Positions 1 to 12,538 of a stretch of DNA of 64,000 nt are shown here, in pieces (position 1 is the first letter of the stretch; each line of letters opens with the position of its first letter). The notes below the pieces were generated by a model. The model saw nothing but the letters and a program-made list of their open reading frames with translations, was not told the origin of the DNA and did not search any database. Position numbers and translations under genes: made by a program. Source of the stretch: Vicugna vicugna (Eukaryota); NCBI GenBank assembly GCA_013265495.1, contig MU058337.1, positions 4,024,880 to 4,088,879 on the forward strand, written 5' to 3'.

Positions 1-1219
1 TATTTAACACCCGGAGAGATTGCCTCGCACCTCCACACTGTAGGGTGACTTAATTGAAGAATTAGGTAAACAAAGCAATGCTTCCCTCTCTGTCAAGCCA
101 AAGTGTCATGAAAAATAAAACAATTAAGCAGAAACAAAGGCACCGATAAAATATTCGAGCAGAACAAGCTTATACAAAATCATAATAAGGGTTTACTATT
201 ACAAATCAAAAGGCCAAGAGACAGCCGGCCAAGTTCTCTGTGGCTGCCTTGCTCAGCCTTACCTAGGATGCAGCAGCGCCTGGAGGGGAAGACGAACAGG
301 TATGCAGAAACCACAGTATGCCACACGTGTGTCCTGCACTGAGCTTTACCGCGTGCTTCCGTAGGAAACACCTCGTTTAATCCTTCCAGCAGCCTTCTGA
401 AATGGTATTAGCTTCAGTTCTCAGCTAATGAAACAAAGGAGTCTACGTGACTTGCCCAGGTTTGCACGCCAACTTGAGGTTAGCCTGCAGGGAGAGTTTC
501 TGGAGACTCAAGACTCTGACCACACCCTGGTCTGCCTCCCTGATCTCTTCCCGGGACACCCACTGAACAAATCCAGCCAGAAGCCAGAAGGTGGGGGTGC
601 CATTGGCGTAACTCAGGCAAGTCAGCCTCAGAGCTAAAGAGAAAAGATGGAAGATGCCCAGCATAGAAGCCAAGAGGACAGGAATCGATGTTTCTGACCT
701 CGGGTTTAACCTTGGTACAGAGCGCTGAACGGCCTCCAGCTGTGAAATCTGAGTGCAAACGACAACACTGAAAGACTTCAAAGCTTGGTGTGGAAGAACC
801 CCAAACTGATTTCACATATCAGTCATCTAATCCTCAAAACAAATACATATAATTTATTTTTGGTGTCTGTTACACGGGAACTGAAGGTAAGGAATCTGTT
901 AAGAAAAGTAACAGAATATCACTCAGCAAACATTCAGCTCCTTAATGAGCAGTCCCCAAAAAGCCTGAACATGTTTTTGCTACCGTGAGTAGCAAATCTA
1001 ACAGAGAACTTACTCAGCCCCAACAAATTGAAAAGTCAGGCTCTTGGCTGCCAGACCTCCCGGCCACTCTTTGGGCAGCCTGCCTGTGTTCACTGCACTG
1101 ACTCATAACTAGCCTCTCTCTCTAAACATTGGATTTCCCCGGTCCATCTCTTTCAGTCAATGGAGAGTTCTTTTTGGAACACAGCACGCTGAGGTTTAGA
1201 AAATACACACCAACGTTGT

Positions 1220-1760
1220 TTTTTTTAATGTGCTGGAGAATTATGGAAGCCTTAATTGCTGTTCCACATGGCCATCATTAGTTTCCTGCACCTCTCATTT
1301 ATTAAAGACTATTTGATTTGGAATATAATAATGAAAAAAAAATGTTTTTCTACCTATGGTATCAATTATGCAGATTGACTTTTCTGGGGGGAAAAAGTAA
1401 CGAGACATCATCAGTATTCCTTGAATTTCTAATTTAATTCACAGTTACCATGATAGTATAACTTACTGTTGGGTACCCGAGGTTGATGAATTCTCCACAG
1501 GCTGTCAGTAATTATTCTCAAGTATCTATTACGAGGACACAGAAAATTGCTATTATGTGCTGACTCAGGAGTGTGTGTGAGAGCGCCCCGCTCCCGCCCT
1601 GGTCCTTCTCCAGGCGCTGAGATTTCACTGTGATATATCTTAGCTGATTCGCTCAGGAAAGTTCTATTAAATTTCAAATTATCTAATCACACTCCTGATG
1701 GTGTATTAAGATATAAATAAAAGGAAAAAGCGACATGATTTATTTGGTGCATGTCACCCC
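1220..1760. promoter_or_regulatory. Enhancer-like (CNE-like) block
   Basis: Repeat-free, AT-rich, dense in TAAT/ATTA homeodomain cores, with TGATTTAT (PBX-HOX type, about 1736-1743) and TGACTCA (AP-1, 1561-1567). Conservation was not tested. Confidence 0.35.
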
Positions 1761-1899
1761 ATAGGAAGAAAAGGCAAAATGAAACCTCAGGTTGATATAA
1801 GGAGCAGCCCCAGCGAAACCTATTCTGTAGGATTTCCAGGGCTCCTCGGCTCTTTAGGCTGCGAACTCGAGTTTCAGTGGAACGTGAGCAACCCAAGCT

Positions 1900-2450
1900 C
1901 AGGACAGCCCTCCCCGCGACCCCCTCAAAGTCTGGACCCTTTGGATGCAAGTGAATGCAACTCCTGGACCAAGGAAAAAGGGAAGTGACTGGATGCCATA
2001 GCCGAGAACCCGGCCTCGGGAACAGCCCGAGCTCCAACGAAGGGTGTCGATCTCCCTCCCCACCTACAGGATGCCTTTTGCCCGTGTGTTGGTCTGGTTC
2101 TCACTTAATGAGGTCCTGGCTGTCCCTGAGGCGTGAGGAGGAGAGGCCTCGGCGACCTCGGGGCCAGGGAAGGGATCAGGGGACGAGCCTCACACCAAGT
2201 GGGAGTGAAACGGGCAGCTGCTCGGAGGAAGGCGATGCTGTTCCGGGAGCTGGGCAGGAAGGGAGGCTGCGGGGGCAAGACCGGACACGTCCACGCGGAT
2301 CCTCGCACCGCAGGCTCCCCTCCGGACGGACGCGTTCGGGAGCCCGGGGAGGCGGGGTTCTGAGCAGACCCGCCGAGAGTGGTGAGGCCCTGGGTCTCCG
2401 GCTAACGAGGTTACTCATGTGGTCCCCTCCCCTTCAACCCCAGAAAAGGA
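1900..2450. promoter_or_regulatory. Small orphan CpG island
   Basis: GC-rich stretch with roughly 30 or more CpGs (by eye) in 2000-2410, versus CpG-depleted flanks. GC box GGGGAGGCGGGG at about 2346-2357. Confidence 0.6.
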
Positions 2451-3371
2451 AACAAAGATCTGAGGCCTTGAGATGGGCATGTGGGGAGCACCTCGGATGC
2501 TGGAAACCTGAGGCAGAGCCCAGCTCCTTTCAAGGACCATTTCCTCCCCTCTCTGGATACAAATTAAATACACAGCCATCAAACCAAACAAGTGTCATTC
2601 TCTTTTCATTCTTTTAGCCCTTTGATTAAAACTTCAAAATCTACTGAGAGCCTCTCTAACACCTCGCCATCCTTTAGCAAACAAGAAAGGGCGTGGCACT
2701 CCATGCTGGTTTATGGGGTTTTCTTAAATGAGTAACACTCTTTTGGTGTCACAGTGCTGACTGTGTATTTAAAAAGTGGCACCTGGTGAACCATGTCCCC
2801 TCCCACACCCCCTCTTGTCTTCAGACACGATATAAGGAGTACTGTGTCCTCTCCATGCGAGGCAGAGCAGAAAAACGGGACCTGTTTTCACAACCCTCTG
2901 GCTCCAACTGCATCTGTCCACCAAATGCTTTCTGAGGGGGCAAGGTTTTTCTCCTAAAAGTAACTTTTAAAATTTTTTTCCTAAAAATTAATGAGACAAG
3001 GCCCCTGCCTTCCAAAATCTGAGGAAAGAGAGTCACAACCATCCATAAATTCTAATAATGCAGGGCATGTGGACATGGATGGCCATCTCACACAGGAGCC
3101 CAGAGGAGAGAGCAGCAAACTCTGACCCCCAGCTGGACGGGGGCTCCAGAAGGGGGTGTGTTTATGCCGCATCTTTGGGGATGAATAGGACTTAAGCAGT
3201 CACGGGGGCATGGAGTCGGACCGAGGCACTCCGGGCAGGCAGATCTGCATGGGAGCGTGTGGACATGGGCGAGGGCACAGCGTGGAAGCTCAGATGTGAG
3301 CACTAGGTGCTGAGGGAAAGCATTGGGAGCTTAAACTGCGGCAGGAGCCTGAGCCAGCTGGTATGAGTCTC

Positions 3372-3834
3372 TGTATCCCAAGGGCATCAGTCTCCCAGGA
3401 TGGCCGTGACAGAGTACCACCACCCAGGTGGCTTAAAACAACAGCAATTCGTTCTCTCACAGTTTGGGAGGCTGGAAGTCTGAAATCGAGGTGCTGGCTG
3501 GGTTGCTTCCCATTAGAGGCTCTGAAGGAGCAACTGGTCCGCGCTTCTCCCTCCTGTCTTCCCGTGTTTGTCAGCCGTCCTCTACTTTCCTTGGCTTGTG
3601 GTCGCACCACTCCAGTCCCTGCTTCTATCCCCACATGGCCCTCTCTCCTCTGTGTTTACCTGAGCATCTCTTCTCACCCACAAGGACCCCAGTCATGTTG
3701 GATGGAGGGTCCACTCTACTCCAGTGTGACCTCATCTGAACTTAGATCTTCATGACATCTGTAAAGACTTATTTCCAAATAAGGTCACATTCGTAAGTAC
3801 CACACCTTTTACAGGAACAATTCAACTCTCAGCA
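3372..3834 (-). mobile_element. MaLR solo LTR (MLT1B/C-like)
   Basis: Diagnostic ggtggcttaaaacaacag..ttctctcacagt..ggaggctggaagtctgaaatc and tttccaaataaggtcacattc segments. Confidence 0.85.
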
Positions 3835-3847
3835 CCAAGGTAACAGA

Positions 3848-4343
3848 TGTCAAAGAAATTGCGTGGATGAGTTAGACAGGCAGGGAAGACCTTATTCAAG
3901 AGTTTGCAGTGGAGAGGAGACTAAGACTGTTGAAAAGGTACAAGAGCTCCAACTCCCCTGAAATGAAAGGGATGAGAGTTTTTCAGCACAGGAGGGAGCT
4001 AGTGGAAAGTTCTGAAGAACATGACTGGGGAGTTTGGTCAATGTGATGAGGCATCAGGGTTTGCTAACTGGTGCTGACAAGACTTAGGCTCCCAGCCTCC
4101 CACGGAGACTTGGAGACGGGGCACTGTCTTTCTTGATGACTGTATTTCAGAGGGATAGTTCTCGGATCCTTGAGAAAGACATTGCTGGGTTGTGGAAGGG
4201 TTACATCTCAAATGGGCAGAGAAAGAATTTACAATCGCAAATTTCCAAAGGAAATGCTCTAAGAAAAGGGAGGGCAGGGGCCTGTGGTCGGGAAGAAACA
4301 AGCTAAGGAGAACATTAAGGTTAGTCCCAGGGCTTCAATGACA
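3848..4343 (-). mobile_element. ERV-type solo LTR, family unassigned
   Basis: Begins TGTCAAAG and ends ..aatgaca. Its start resembles the reverse complement of the LTR end at about 39600-39680. Confidence 0.5.
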
Positions 4344-5177
4344 TGCAGTGGTTCCAGGTGCGTCCAGGTACGGACGCCCCTCAGCCCAAGACCACGAACA
4401 GCCTTTCCATGTGTCTTGGCGGGTTCTGACATGAAAGTTTCCATGTAGCTGCTGGAATTTGCTTTTATGGAATTCTAAAGACCAAGTGAAGGAAAGCTCT
4501 TAAGGAAACAGGAATGAAGGCGAAGCCTAATTACGAGGAGCTGGAACATCTGAAAGCAGTGTTAGCGGAGCCGAGAGAAGGGGTTAGAAGCATTTCTCAA
4601 GTGTCTACAATGGTCTCAAAAATTGAGGTTGATTTGATGCTGTGCCTTGTGGTTTTGAATCCTCAGGACACTGGGCCTGTAGTTCCCCAGATTTTTGAGC
4701 TGTTTGGAAGGAAGTCTTGGGAAGTGTCCACCTGAAGTGTGTAAACCACAATTTCCTCTCCCTTTCACTGCCTGTGTGCAGAGCAAGAGAGGAGGAGGAG
4801 AGGCTGGGGAAAGGAAAGGAAGGATTGTCGCTGTTGCCAGGTGACAATCCAAGGGGGCTGTCTTTCCAAATAAAAGAGCAGCACACACTCAAAGACACCT
4901 GCAGCCATTCCAGATGAACTTGGGGTCCCCCAGGAACCATGCGCTCATGACCACATGCTGGCTTCGGGCCACAGATTTTAATCTTCTTCAATTTTTTTAA
5001 GTGATGCAACACGCCTTGCCAAGAAGTCCACTGGGACCCAAATGAAGAAAACAATCCTCTCATCCTTTTCTGCTTGAAAAAATCTCTACCAAGCACCATG
5101 GAGGATCTAGAAATGCCGAGCTGGGCGATGTTAACGTGCAACCAGTGTGTTTCTAGGAAGGACTAAGGCTCTCAGTG

Positions 5178-5500
5178 TAAGGTTATCAAACCCTCAGAGT
5201 GAAGGGCCGCAGAGTAAACATTTTTGGCCTTGTGGGCCCCATGGTCTGTGTGGCCACCGTTCAGCTCTGTTGGAGCACAAAAGTAGCCGCAGACAACGTG
5301 GCAATGCATGGACGTGACTGCCTTCCAATAAAACTCACTCGTGGACAGTCACCGGAATTTGACTTTCCTGAGCAATGTGATTTTTCTTTTGATTTTTTTC
5401 CAATCACATAAAAATGTAAAATCTGTTCTGAGCTGGCAAGCTGTACAAAAACAGGCAACAGGTCCAATTTGCTTCACAGGCTGCAGGTCGCCCACCCCTG
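5178..5500 (+). mobile_element. hAT-Charlie MITE (MER58B-like)
   Basis: aagggcc..gtaaacatttt.ggccttgtgggcc..ccaataaaact..taaaaatgtaaaa..caaaaacaggc..cccctg pattern. Confidence 0.8.
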
Positions 5501-6408
5501 GTCTGAACGGGAAAAAGATTGCAAACCCCACACGCTCCCAGTGCATCTCATGTTCTTGCCTCTCAGAAAACCCTGAACCGGTCACCAGGGAAACGTCCCA
5601 GGACGCACGTTGGCAGAAAGAGAAAGAGAGGCAGGTCCTCAGTTGACCGGTGTCCCAGCCTCGTTAGCGCCTAATACGACACAAAAGCAGCGGTTAATTC
5701 ACACGGTCACACGCTGTTTGTTGACGGCCTGCTCTACGCCAGGCACAGAGCGACACCCTGGCACACACAGCGGAGGCCCAGCCCTCGGCCCCTCGGAGCC
5801 CCCCACGCTGTTGTCCGCTCACCTAAGAGAATATGAGAGGCCCCTGGGTGGCTCTCAGAAACGGCAGAGTGGCTGTTTCTCAAAATGCCCCCAGATCAGT
5901 CAAACCAGGATCTCTGAGGTGGGGCGCAGCCATCCTTCGCTTCAAAATCAGTTTGCTTTTGAGGCTTTTTACTGCCCACACGGTAGCCTCCCAGGTGGAT
6001 TGAATTGCTTCACGGTGGGCCCAGGCACAGGTCGTTTCTAAAGCTCTCCGGGCGATTCTAAAGTGCAGGTGGGATCGTGAGCCCGGCCCAGAGGTGGACG
6101 CAGGAGACTCGGGGGCCCATCAGCCACGCCAACACCTGAGAGCAGTTTGGCGAGGAGCTCCCTCCCACACCCCCGGCTGCTCACGCCTTCACTTCCACGG
6201 GGCCAGGATGTTCCAGCCTCCGCCGGTGAGGGATCCTCAGACCGCCCCCCACCCCCGGAGCCAGGTTCCAGGCTGGAAGCTTCTCACCTCGAGATCCAGC
6301 TTTCTCGGTTACTCCAGTTGCTCCACAAGGTCGTGTCTCAGTTTCTTCTTTCCCTTCAAAATAGAGCCTTGAAAACGTAGCCTTCTTGCTGTCAAGGTCT
6401 GTGTGGGG

Positions 6409-6597
6409 CAGTGGTTGTCACAGCTTGGCCCTCGATCCCGCAGCATCAGGATGACCTGGAAACTTGTCAGAAATGCATGTTCCTGGCCCCACCCCAGACC
6501 TCCGAATGAATCAGGAACCCTGGGGGGTGGGTCCCAGCAACCTGGTTTAAAAATCCCCCCAGGGAGTTCTGAAGCACACTTGAGCTTTGAGAACCAA
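6409..6597. mobile_element. hAT-Charlie MITE (MER5A-like)
   Basis: cagtggtt..cagcatca..acctggaaacttgt.agaaatgca..gccccaccccagacct..gaatcag..tttgagaacca. Confidence 0.85.
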
Positions 6598-6777
6598 AGG
6601 CGCAGAGAAGTGAAAAGGAGAGTGAATTTTGATGATGTCACTAAATCAATTAGCAGTTGTTGGGGGAAAAAAAGTTAAGAATGGACTAAAATTTAGGAAG
6701 CTAAGAATTTTAGCTTTGGATCCCTTAGGACCCTCAGCGTCTAACTTGAGAGACAACAGAATTCTTTCAGACTTCAA

Positions 6778-7241
6778 CCCGGCCACTTGCAACATCATGG
6801 GTGAAGCTGAAGGACGTTGTGCTAATTGAAATAAGCCAGGCCCAGAGAGACATGATCTCACTTACAGCCAGAAATCTAAAGCAGTCAAACTCCAAGCAGC
6901 AGAGGGTAGAACGGCCTTTACCAGGGGCTGAGGGGGGCAGGAGGAAGTGAGAGGTTGGTTCAGAGGGTGCAGACATTGAGTTCTAAGATGCCTGGTCTGG
7001 AGACCTAATGTTCAGTACGGTGATTTATAGTTAACACTATTATGTTATATATTTGAAATTTGCTAAGAGAATAAGCTCAGATGTTCTCACCACACACACA
7101 CACATATTATGGTAACTGTGTGAGGTGATGAATATATTAATTAGCTTGATTGTGGTGCTCACTTCACAATGTATACATGTATCAAAGTATCAGGCTGCGC
7201 ACCTTAAATATATACAATTTTTATTTGTCAATCATACCTCA
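6778..7241 (+). mobile_element. L1 3' end (L1MA9/10-like)
   Basis: Typical 3' UTR: gaaatttgctaagaga..ggtaactgtgtgaggtgatg..ttagcttgattgtggt..accttaaatatatacaatttttatttgtcaat. Confidence 0.85.
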
Positions 7242-7849
7242 GGAGAGGTGGAGGGAAACAATAATGGAGTTTTTCAGCCCCAAACTGCAGCTCTTGGGGA
7301 TTATATCTCCTGAATTACAATATTCTCTTAAACTAGACTATATAAAACATATCACAAGGACGTTTCCATCATTTCTGGGTCACCAGCATAGCACTTAATT
7401 TGAGGAAGGAAGACAGAGCAGTCTCTTGCTTGCTGGAAGATTAAAACTCCTGCAAGGGGGTTGGGGTTGGGGCGGAGTGGGAATTGGCGCTGACATCACG
7501 TGTAAAGCTTCGGAGAGCTGGGCCAGTGTGGAGCTGATAAACCAAAGGGTCACCCACCTGCCACTCTAGGTTGGTGCCTGTCTAATGTGGTGTTTGGATA
7601 TGCTGTTTTCAGCTTCATAAACTTTGTTTTCATTGCCCAAATGTCACCAAAAATGGAGACCTCAGAAGGACAGAAGGATATGGGATCTACATAACCCTCA
7701 TCAACGATAAACAATGTCAGATGCTAGTTAAAGTGGTGAGGAAAGATTTTTATCAGTAACATAGCACTGCAGTAGGGTGGATAGTCCACTGTGAACTCAA
7801 GTCAACTTCAACTTGTCCAGAGCGGGGTGGGCGTTTCAAACCTTAGGGT

Positions 7850-7972
7850 CGGGGGTGGGTATAGCTCAGCGGTAGAGTGCATGCTTGTCATGCACGAGGT
7901 CCTCGGTTCAAGCCCCTGTACCTCCATTAAACAAACAAACAAACAAACCTAATTACCTCTCCCCCCCAAAAA
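7850..7972 (+). mobile_element. Camelid tRNA-derived SINE (Vic-1 type)
   Basis: ggggtgggtatagctcagcggtagagtgcatgctt..gaggtcctcggttcaagcccc head with A/B boxes, (aaac)n and cctaattacctc tail. Confidence 0.9.
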
Positions 7973-9328
7973 ATTTAGTTTTTAATTTTTTAAAAAATGT
8001 AAAAATTAAAAAATAAACCATAGGGGCTTGAGAAGAGTGAGGGCAGTGACTAATGACAGAATGGGAAGGGGATTCATCCCTGTGAGAACCACTGGGGTGA
8101 GGACCCCACCCCCAACAGAGGCCAGGAGCCAAGGGCCATGGCTGCAGGTGCTCGCTGGAACAATCCAAATGAGGTCACCTGTCTGGGGGCACAGCACTCC
8201 TATGTCACTGTGGGGGTGTGGGGGTGTGTGTGTGCGCATGTGAAGAACAGTGTAAAGTTTTTCTAACCCACTGGAGAAATGGTAACAGGGGAAAATAAGC
8301 AGAGAATAATTAAACAGCCCCTGAAAGACATTTTTATCTCAGAGAAACTGGGGCACCACCCACAGCTGCCTCTGCCCAGGAGAGAAGTTGTTTAGAAAAC
8401 GCGGCTACACCACGGACCTTAGAAGGAAGGTTCACAGAAGCGTTTTCTTTTTAACTTCAGTCAGAGAAACACAGCACTGAATATTCCAAACCGCTGCTCT
8501 GAATGTGTCAGAGAGACCAAAGGAGCGGCAGCAGAGTTAGAGGCACGGTCATCTAAACACGGCAGACAGGAGGAAGCTTGCCTCCTGCGGGAGAAAAATC
8601 TGAAAAATCATCAGTGCACAACAAATATTATTAAGTGGCAAGAAGCAAACACAGGAAAGTGCAGGTGAAAAATAGACTCTCGGTTGTCGCCAGGCTTGGA
8701 TGCAAGACAAACAGGGAACTGTAAGAGACTTCAAAATATAGTTAGAAGGGCAAGAAGAAGAAAAGCCAATTAATGCATGAGGTATGGAATAAAAAGGTGC
8801 ATCGTGAATAAAGTATCAGGCAGGGGAGAAAATTCTTCATCCTATTGTTCCCATTCAATTCCAGCTGGAATCCGAGTTATACACGGAGAACAGCAGGATT
8901 AAGACAATGCAGCATGAATAGATGTATCAAATCATTTCTTACCCAAGAAATGACATCGAATCCAGATTTTCTCTGGTCCTTTTTCCCCATCATGTTCTGT
9001 CCAGTGTTAAATATGATCACCCCCACTGCTCAGAGAATCTCATACAAGTAAGGACACGACTGCTCAAGCCACCACCCTCTACGGGACTCAAGGATGCCAC
9101 CAGTTAAAGCCAGGAGGCCCCAGGCACTGGAAACTTCCCGCGGGTTCTGCGGTTACTAGGGGCAACAGGCAACCTCACAGGTGATGCCTTGAACGTTTTC
9201 CCAACTCTGGTGAGGGGAGCTCCCAGAGAACTGGTGCCGGGAGGAGGGAGGCAGAGACTGATGAAGGAATAGCTCTGCAAAGCAATAAACCGAAGTGTCT
9301 GCAGAGTTCCGGGGGGGGGGTGCATAGA

Positions 9329-9518
9329 CTGGTGGTTCTCAGCAGCGGTGCTCCTGCCCTTTAGGGGACAGTTGGCAAAGTCTGGAGATACTTTTGTCAC
9401 ACTGGGGGAGGAAGCTACTGACATCTAGTGGTTAAGCATCCTGCAGTGCACAAGACAGGCGTCCACACCAGAGCCATCTAGCTCCAAACGCCACTAAGGC
9501 TGAGATCAAGAAACCCTG
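9329..9518 (+). mobile_element. hAT-Charlie MITE (MER20-like)
   Basis: gtggttctc..ggggaca.ttggcaa.gtctggaga..ctactg.catctagtgg..gctgag..aagaaaccctg. Confidence 0.8.
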
Positions 9519-9534
9519 GTGTAGACCGAGGAAT

Positions 9535-9817
9535 ACCAGAAACAGACTCACAGACTTAGAAAACATACTTATGGTTACCAGAGGGAGAAGAGGGTGGGAA
9601 GGGATAAATTGGGAGTTGGAGATTTGCAGATACTAACTACTATATATAAAATAGATAAACAACAAGTTTATACTGTATAGCACAGGAAACTATATTCAAT
9701 ATCTTGAAAAAGAATATGAAAATGAATATATGGATGTATATGTATGACTGAAATATGCTGTACACCAGAAATTGGCACAGCATTTGGAAACTGACTATGC
9801 TTCAATTAAAAAAAAAA
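9535..9817 (+). mobile_element. Young camelid-type L1 3' end with poly(A)
   Basis: agaaacagactcacagac..gggataaattgggagtt.gagatttgcagatactaactactatatataaaatagataaacaacaag..ttcaattaaaaaaaa. Confidence 0.9.
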
Positions 9818-10704
9818 CAAACACTGAAGAGTGAAAAGGACTCAGCTTGTGGCAGAAGGATTCATATCAAACATTGGAGGATGATGGAGAAGCAGCTAAC
9901 CAAATCGTTAGTGAGGTAGTGGATGTTAGTGTGGGCAGGTATGTTCTGAGAGAAAAAAGACAAAGGCATGGGGACAGGGTGCATAGAAAGTCATAAGATG
10001 TCCTCGGCACCATACTTACGAGTTGGACAAGGATGCTCTGGGCATTTGAAATTTCTTATGAAGCAAGATATGTAAGCAGTGTAGTCAGGGAGTTGGCCTG
10101 AGCCCCTGTATAAGTCACACAAGAAGGACTGCCAGGGAGAAGACAGGCTAGTTGAATTAAAAACACCTCAGTGGATGCCTGGCTGCCAGATGGAAGGTTC
10201 ACGGCCCCTCTGTCAACCAAGGACAAGGTAAAACATCCTTAAATTGCTGGTTTATAGGTTCTCAACATCGACCTATTTGCACCATTGGAGGAGAAGTTTC
10301 TTCCAAGAAGAAAGCTGAAAAGGGGAGATTTCTGAAAAGACAGGAATATATTGATTCGCCTAGACAGACAACTAGACATTGCAGCATCCTTGCCCTATGA
10401 GTATCATATCAAAAGTTTCTTCCCAGGTTCTTGATTTAAAGATGGCCCTTTTGAACCTCCCGCCAGCTCCCGGAGACCCTGGGGCAGAAGGCTTAAACTC
10501 TAACCGTTATGAGCGGACGACTGACCACATCGGACAGAAGCGGTTCCTAGGGCCTGGGTGTCATCTGCCTCATGCTGACATGTCCTTATGAAGCCAAACC
10601 CCACAGCAAATGTAATAAATGCCACAGATCGTGGCATTTGGTCCACATCCAGCATGTTCCGCTAGTGGATTTGCTTTTCGCATGCTTTAGTCAGGCTCTC
10701 TGGA

Positions 10705-11082
10705 ACTCTCTGCGTAACCATGCTTTTTTATTCTTTTTTCACTTTTGACAAATTCATGTTCACTGATCCATAGATGCTGTGATACCATCATAAACCCCTA
10801 CGAGAGCAGGAGTGCTTTCAGAGAGTCTATTTTTGGTTGCTTCCCATCTTCTCATCTACTTTGATGTGAAGCAAAGCCTTTACACAGATTTCAAAGGGCT
10901 ACAACATGACAAGGATTACAATGGCAAAACGTCAACAATTTTGCACAATGAACTGAGAAATGTTTCTGAAAACTGCTCTCTTTATCAAAAGCACGTACAA
11001 TCCAGTTATCCTGAATCTGTGCCCATCTCTTGCAGCGCTGTCCTTTAGCGCATATAAAGGGCTTTTTGTTCCATTACAATAG
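10705..11082 (-). pseudogene. Candidate terminal exon with poly(A) signal
   Basis: Acceptor ttttaagttgtttcag|CTA TTG TAA (in-phase stop after 2 codons). Minus-strand AATAAA at 10727-10732. The 3' end is approximate. Confidence 0.35.
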
Positions 11083-12177
11083 CTGAAACAACTTAAAACT
11101 GCAGTTGGACATGACATATCAGTAAGTGAATTAAAAATGAAGGAGGGGGGCCCTTAATAAGGCCAGAGCACATGTAGATTACCACCATCTTTCAAAATCT
11201 GTTTACTTGGATGTTCATGTAGGTTGAACCACCAGAAAATGCCATACTGACCCAGAGATACCCTAAAAAATTACATGAAAATGAAAAATTGTTTCAAAAA
11301 TATTTATACATAATTTCTATTTCTGCCATATTGTCTTTTCAATAACTGTAAAATTGTTACTTATTTGGGGGAATTCCTAGTTTTCATCAAATGTTTATGT
11401 CATTTCTTATAATCACTGACCTCAATATTCTTTTAAAAATGAGTTCTAATAAACTCATGCCTTGGGAACCCAGTTTTGATTTTAGATCACCAGACAAAAC
11501 CTATGAAAATTTTAAAGCTTGCTGCAATCTAAAAAAGTTTAACTTTAAACAAGGAAAATAATAGCCAACTTAGAGTGACCTACAACAAATATTCAATAAA
11601 CTTGAATATCGTTTATTTAATATTCTGTTTCAGATTTGCGTATGATCCAAGTAATTAAGACAAATAATTATGATCCTAAAAACACTGCAAAGCTACTATG
11701 TACTTTTATATAGAAATATTATCAACTCATTTAAATATTAAAATTCACACAAATAAGTTCATATAAAAACATCTTACAGAAAATGTACAGAAGCATTATA
11801 CTAATCAAATATAGGAAAGGATTAAAATAGTTTCTACTTAAATAATGCTAATAAAAATTCTTTGGAAAGGTCAGCAGGCCGGTGAATAAAAAGTCAAAAT
11901 TACAAAATATTGATTTCTATTTAGTGCTGGTCTGAAGTTCTTGATTTTCCAAAGAGTGAAAGGAGAAAAAGTAAAGGAGGGAGAAAACCAATACTCCGGA
12001 AGCACCCACCAAGTTCCGAACACTGTGCCTGGTCCTTTATGTCAGGGATCTCATTGCATCGCAAGAGCACCTGCCTGGGACAGGCTCTGACACGTGAATC
12101 AGCACATCACATAAACCAACCCAACTCTGACAGCAAAGCTTGTAGTAACTACAACTTGGTTTTGCCCAGTGTCATAC

Positions 12178-12208
12178 CTTTTGGATAATCTTGCAATTTT
12201 CAGAAGAC
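12178..12208 (-). pseudogene. Candidate micro-exon (31 nt)
   Basis: Acceptor gggttgtttcctttag| and donor AAG|GTATGA. Phase 2-0 reading (R)SSENCKIIQK. Confidence 0.5.
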
Positions 12209-12444
12209 CTAAAGGAAACAACCCAATTTGGTTTTATTTACTCCATCATTTTGCAAATTAATTTGACCACGAACCCTTTCATTTTCCTACAATTAGACAT
12301 TTAAAGTAACAATGAATTATACCAGTCCTTCTGGTATGTGAAATTGAACATATTACTGGGAAATGCAAATTATACAATTTGTCAAGGACACTCAAAAGAA
12401 GCTTCTAGAAAGGGACCTGGATCTAGTGTAATGTTGCATTTTAC

Positions 12445-12538
12445 CTCTTGGCTCTTAAACTGTCTAAGACTTTTCAGCTTGCTTCTAACATTTCACAATA
12501 AACTATTATGGCTTAACTGGCTATTCTCTCAAAACTAT
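12445..12538 (-). pseudogene. Candidate exon (94 nt)
   Basis: Acceptor cattcgcctgcttaacgtgcag| and donor GAG|GTAAAA. Best frame SFERIAS*AIIVYCEMLEAS*KVLDSLRAK joins the next exon in frame. Confidence 0.4.

Noticed and set aside
1955..2617. 220-aa plus-strand ORF
   Set aside because: It lies in the GC-rich CpG island where stops are rare. The product is R/G/P/S-rich with no recognisable domain, and overlapping ORFs occur in several frames.
4514..6041. ORFs of 70-178 aa (e.g. 4605..5141, 5610..6041)
   Set aside because: No recognisable family, mostly non-ATG starts, partly within MER58, and no coherent splice structure.
7850..7925. tRNA-Ala-like sequence (also at 19313, 20639 and 59870-59940)
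   Set aside because: These are SINE heads: diverged stems followed by the SINE-specific tail, not tRNA genes.
10617..10639. 9-bp hairpin AAATGCCAC-AGATC-GTGGCATTT
   Set aside because: Too short for a pre-miRNA, and a few such stems are expected by chance in 64 kb.
10580..11082. Cys/His-rich reading (..KHFSVHCAKLLTFCHCNPC..; ..ICGIYYICCGVWLHK..) suggesting a C1 or PHD finger
   Set aside because: Ligand spacing does not fit either fold and the frame has many stops. It is more simply 3' UTR or intergenic sequence.
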